A DNA stretch of 62,693 nt, the filler included, from Methanobacteriota archaeon (GTDB taxonomy: Archaea; JACRDV01), in NCBI GenBank assembly GCA_024860865.1. It is 5 parts of 5 records of this genome, joined end to end, with 100 filler letters (N's around TTAATTAATTAA, not from the genome) between each part and the next. Parts side by side here need not be neighbours in the genome. Positions count along the whole stretch, not along the records: positions 53,993 to 62,693 come from JACRDV010000018.1; 4 more parts are not named here. One strand, written 5' to 3'. Positions 59,314 through 62,693 of this stretch are shown piece after piece. The notes beneath the pieces are model-generated. The model worked only from the letters and a program-made list of their open reading frames with translations. It ran no database searches and was not told where the DNA came from. Positions within the stretch are counted from its first letter, which is position 1. The number at the start of each line of letters is the position of its first letter. The position numbers and the translations under genes were made by a program.

Positions 59314-60373
59314 TTTTTCTTCGTTTTATTTCATCAGTTGCTCTATCTCTCTTGTTAATAACAAGCTTTTTAACAGGACCGAAACTAACAGCTTCTTCTA
59401 TTTGTACGTAACCTTTCTCTATTGCATTTTTTAGCAATTCTTCTCCAACTTGAGATCTTACTATTGCTGTTGACCAACCAGCAGGAGTACCCACTGAACC
59501 GACTGATATGTCTGCCAACTCCGCAGAAAAATCAGTACAAACAAGGCAGTGCTCGGGAACGAATCTTTTTACTTCACTCAATGGTATTTCGATTTTCTCA
59601 GTAGATTCAATTAGAAATTTTCCTTTCTTTATATCCATTTTTTTAACTTTTTTTAGATCCAACCTGGATCCAAAATATTCCACTAATTTCTCATATGAAA
59701 ATGCTTCCATGCAAAATAATCCAACTGTGATTATCTCAAGTTGCTTAACATTCAACAGGCCTTTTTGAAGCTTTCGAACTCCATTTATTTGGCATGGTGT
59801 ACCCACAATAGCGATTTTTCTTAATTTTAGTTCTCTAATTGTTTTTCCAAGATTTTGCACAGTGTGGCTTGCCCAATATTTTGTTCCTGCTGCATTTATT
59901 AGGTCCTCAATCGAAGTTACAACCTTTGGTATCGACCTCCATCTTTCATCTTTATCTACGGCCAAAACGCCTTCTATTCTGCCGCTTTCAAGAGCAGCGC
60001 ATAGAATAGAAGTTACAGCACCACCATCCTGTGCTTTTTGTAATATCGCTTCCTTTGTTGCTCTTAGCGGGACCACTTTTCTATAGAAGCCTAAGCTCTC
60101 ATCGCCGCGTTCTCCAAACACATCCTCAGAGCTAAGAGCTGTTGTCACTGGACAATGATCATAACAAGTTCCATTTTTACTACATTCTAGTGCTCCTTCA
60201 TCCAAAACACATTCACTGATCTTCTTGGGTTGTCCGTTAAATCCTAAATTCTTACAAAAAGCAACACATGCTCCACAACGAGTGCAAAAACCGGGGTCTA
60301 TAACCTCTGCTTTTAATTCGTCAAAACCTAAGCTCTTCCTTTTTAAGCTGATGTGCCTAATGAGCTGTTGCAC
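59276..60373 (-). CDS. Coenzyme F420 hydrogenase/dehydrogenase beta-subunit family (FrhB/FdhB/FpoF-like) with N-terminal ferredoxin
   Basis: CTRCGACVAFC, QDGGAVT, GTKY, VGTPCQ, GLFC, CLVCTDF..ADISVG. Confidence 0.9.
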   Translation of the reverse strand: MQQLIRHISLKRKSLGFDELKAEVIDPGFCTRCGACVAFCKNLGFNGQPKKISECVLDEGALECSKNGTCYDHCPVTTALSSEDVFGERGDESLGFYRKVVPLRATKEAILQKAQDGGAVTSILCAALESGRIEGVLAVDKDERWRSIPKVVTSIEDLINAAGTKYWASHTVQNLGKTIRELKLRKIAIVGTPCQINGVRKLQKGLLNVKQLEIITVGLFCMEAFSYEKLVEYFGSRLDLKKVKKMDIKKGKFLIESTEKIEIPLSEVKRFVPEHCLVCTDFSAELADISVGSVGTPAGWSTAIVRSQVGEELLKNAIEKGYVQIEEAVSFGPVKKLVINKRDRATDEIKRRKNEKLPLPPKAVK

Positions 60374-60797
60374 CTTGCTGTCTCCTCAATTTTATCGGAT
60401 TAGGACCGAGTTTCTTAGCCCTTTCATACATTTCCTTCGCGCGCTCTGCAAAAAGTTTAGATTCAGATGCTGGAATCCAAAAAATTTCCAACCTTTCTCC
60501 TCCAAATCCAATTTTGTCTAAAATTTCTTTTGCAAATTTTATCCGCTTTTCAGCTTTCAAATTGCCATCGATGTATCCGCACTGACCTGGCGCACATCCG
60601 CCAACGAAAACTGCATCAGCGCCTTCTTTAAAAGCCTTCAGCACAAACAGGATATCCATTAAGCCACTGCACGGAATTCGTATTATTCTTACATTGGTTG
60701 GATACTCCAATCTTTTGGACCCAGCTGCATCTGAAGCAGCATATGCACATTGCTCACATGCAAATCCAATAACTACTGGTTCGTACTCTCTGTCGAT
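60357..60797 (-). CDS. mvhD: MvhD/FlpD hydrogenase iron-sulfur delta subunit; no canonical start upstream of its first Cys motif
   Basis: (I)DREYEPVVIGFACEQCAYAASD...RIPCSG...GGC...C; the frame is closed upstream by TGA at 60813-60815. Confidence 0.88.
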   Translation of the reverse strand: MDREYEPVVIGFACEQCAYAASDAAGSKRLEYPTNVRIIRIPCSGLMDILFVLKAFKEGADAVFVGGCAPGQCGYIDGNLKAEKRIKFAKEILDKIGFGGERLEIFWIPASESKLFAERAKEMYERAKKLGPNPIKLRRQQGATAH

Positions 60798-62692
60798 ACT
60801 TTTTCCCCCTTTTCATAATCAGCCATTATACCTTCAATTTGTGCAAAAATTTGATCAACTGTAAAATTGCTCCTTTGAAGAGCTCCAGTTGGACAAGAAC
60901 CGCAACATGTCCCACAGCCTCTGCATTCTGCCTCAAAGACTCGAGCTTTTTTCCCCTTGAAAGTTTCTATTAATTTTATAGCACTGTATGGGCACATCTG
61001 CTCACAGATGCCGCATCCTATACAAATGTCTTCACCGATTTTTGCAATTGTTAGCGTTACTTCAATCTCCCCTTTTCCCATTAAGGACATTGCGCGAGCA
61101 GCAGCAGCACTTCCTTGCTCAACAGCCTCAGGTATATCCTTTGGACCGGCACAAGCTCCAGCTATGTAGATCCCCGTTAGAGAACTGTCTACAGGAGAGA
61201 CTTTCGGATGAAGTTCCTTGAGAAATCCATCTTCTCCGAGAGCTATGCGAAGTTTTTCTGCAAGTTTTTGCGTGCCATTAATGGGAACTAGCGCAGAAGC
61301 TAAAACTACTAAATCTGCTTCGACCTTAATCGTCTTTCCTAAAAATGTATCTTCAACTTTCACTATCAAGTTTCTATTCTTTGGATTTTCTAAAACTTGT
61401 GCAACTCTCCCTCGAACTAACTTTAATCCTCTCTCTTGTACATCCTTGTAATACTCCTCATATCCCTTAGAAAAAGCCCTAATGTCCATATAACACATGT
61501 AAATTTCTATTTTTGGATCTATATCTACAAAAATCATCTTTGCATGTTTCAGTGAAAACATGCAACAAATCTTAGAACAATATTGGAAATGATTTATGTC
61601 CCTTGAACCTACACACTGAATAAAAACTATTCTCCTAGGAAGTGAACCTTCTGGTCCATCCGATGGCCTAAAAGGTCTGCCATGACTCGGGCCCTCTGGA
61701 TCCAACATCCTTGCAAGTTGCAGTTGCGTTATAACATTTTCATATCTTCCATAGCCAAATTCTTCCTTAGCTTTTGGATCCCACTCTTCATAACCAATTG
61801 CAACAATTATCGTCCCGACTGTTATTTCAATTTCTTCTGGCTTTTGGTTGAAATCAATAGCTTTAGGATCACATACAACCTCGCACATCCCGCAATTAAT
61901 GCAGTGATCTTTATCAATTGTATAAACTTGAGGAATAGCTTGAGGATATGCTAAATAAACAGTTTTTCTTACTCCTATTCCTTGCTCAAACTCATCTGGC
62001 AATGTTACAGGGCAAACCTTAACACAATCTCCACAACTCGTGCACTTTTTCTCATCTATGTACCTAGGCTTTCTCACAAGTTTTACTTTGTATTCTCCTG
62101 CACGCCCAGTTACTTCTTGAACCTCAGTATACGCTAAAATTTGTAGGTTAGGTGCCTTTCGCAGCTCGTTAAATTTCTTGCCCAAAATACAAAGTGGACA
62201 GTCATCAGTTGGAAAAACTTTTCCTAACCGTGCCATATTGCCTCCAAGGTGGGGGAGCTTATCAATTAGATAAACTTTGTAACCAGCATTAGCGAGGTCT
62301 AAAGAGGCTTGAATTCCGGCTGGCCCACCTCCAATAACTAAAGTAGAGGGGACCACTTTAACCTTCATTTTTTCAATTGGCTCGCTCTTCTTCACTTTCT
62401 CTACTGCAGCTGCCACTAAATGCTTGGCTTTCTCTGTAGCTTTTTCTGGATCTTTATAGTGGGGCCATGAGCAATGCTCTCTAACATTTGCAACCTCATG
62501 AAAGAAAGGATTTAAACCTGCCTCGGCTGTAATTCCATGAAAAGTTTCTTCATGAAGTGTTGGAGTGCAGTGAGAAGTAACTACTCTATCTAATTTATAT
62601 TTCTTTATTGCTTCTCTGACCATATCTCTACCCGGATCAGAGCACAAAAATATATGATGATCTGCGTGAACTACCCCTGGTATCTTCTTAGC
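60773..62692 (-). CDS. hdrA: Heterodisulfide reductase subunit A; 5' end outside window
   Basis: NVREHCSW, GGGPAG, FPTDDC, QCVGSRD, YCSKICC, GPKDIP, inserted and C-terminal ferredoxin motifs. Confidence 0.96.
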   Translation of the reverse strand, partial: AKKIPGVVHADHHIFLCSDPGRDMVREAIKKYKLDRVVTSHCTPTLHEETFHGITAEAGLNPFFHEVANVREHCSWPHYKDPEKATEKAKHLVAAAVEKVKKSEPIEKMKVKVVPSTLVIGGGPAGIQASLDLANAGYKVYLIDKLPHLGGNMARLGKVFPTDDCPLCILGKKFNELRKAPNLQILAYTEVQEVTGRAGEYKVKLVRKPRYIDEKKCTSCGDCVKVCPVTLPDEFEQGIGVRKTVYLAYPQAIPQVYTIDKDHCINCGMCEVVCDPKAIDFNQKPEEIEITVGTIIVAIGYEEWDPKAKEEFGYGRYENVITQLQLARMLDPEGPSHGRPFRPSDGPEGSLPRRIVFIQCVGSRDINHFQYCSKICCMFSLKHAKMIFVDIDPKIEIYMCYMDIRAFSKGYEEYYKDVQERGLKLVRGRVAQVLENPKNRNLIVKVEDTFLGKTIKVEADLVVLASALVPINGTQKLAEKLRIALGEDGFLKELHPKVSPVDSSLTGIYIAGACAGPKDIPEAVEQGSAAAARAMSLMGKGEIEVTLTIAKIGEDICIGCGICEQMCPYSAIKLIETFKGKKARVFEAECRGCGTCCGSCPTGALQRSNFTVDQIFAQIEGIMADYEKGEKVSTESTNQ

Positions 62693-62693
62693 A

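Noticed and set aside
60357-62692. Possible selenocysteine recoding in HdrA/MvhD with a 3' SECIS at 58400-58790
   Set aside because: The usual Sec positions visible here are Cys codons (PTDDCPLC, FACEQC) and there is no in-frame TGA.

Overview
AT-rich archaeal genome fragment. It consists of five contigs joined by artificial N44-TTAATTAATTAA-N44 linkers, so gene order across 23714-23813, 33206-33305, 46093-46192 and 53893-53992 is not real synteny. Archaeal markers include Nop5, fibrillarin, rpl10e, Elp3, PAC2, TrmB, a tRNA-Leu(TAG) with a bulge-helix-bulge (BHB) intron at 30/31 and a C/D-box sRNA. The gene content points to an anaerobe with methanopterin/methanofuran biosynthesis (beta-RFAP synthase, MfnA), an hdrA-mvhD-frhB-like-ferredoxin operon, two multiheme cytochromes c with GICGPT C-terminal anchors, a B12-dependent ribonucleotide reductase carrying an intein, oxidative-stress genes and several decaying toxin-antitoxin loci. 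The least explained features are: a ~400-nt structured non-coding region containing a tandem ~76-nt unit with covarying stems (58390-58790); a ~250-nt promoter-preceded structured RNA ending in an IS200/IS605-like hairpin with no tnpB (26431-26690); intact-looking genes with no ATG/GTG/TTG start (rubredoxin TTA, mvhD ATC, possibly sufS TTA); and a ~55-bp direct repeat bracketing an MNT-HEPN module. All calls come from reading the sequence by eye; no searches or folding programs were run.
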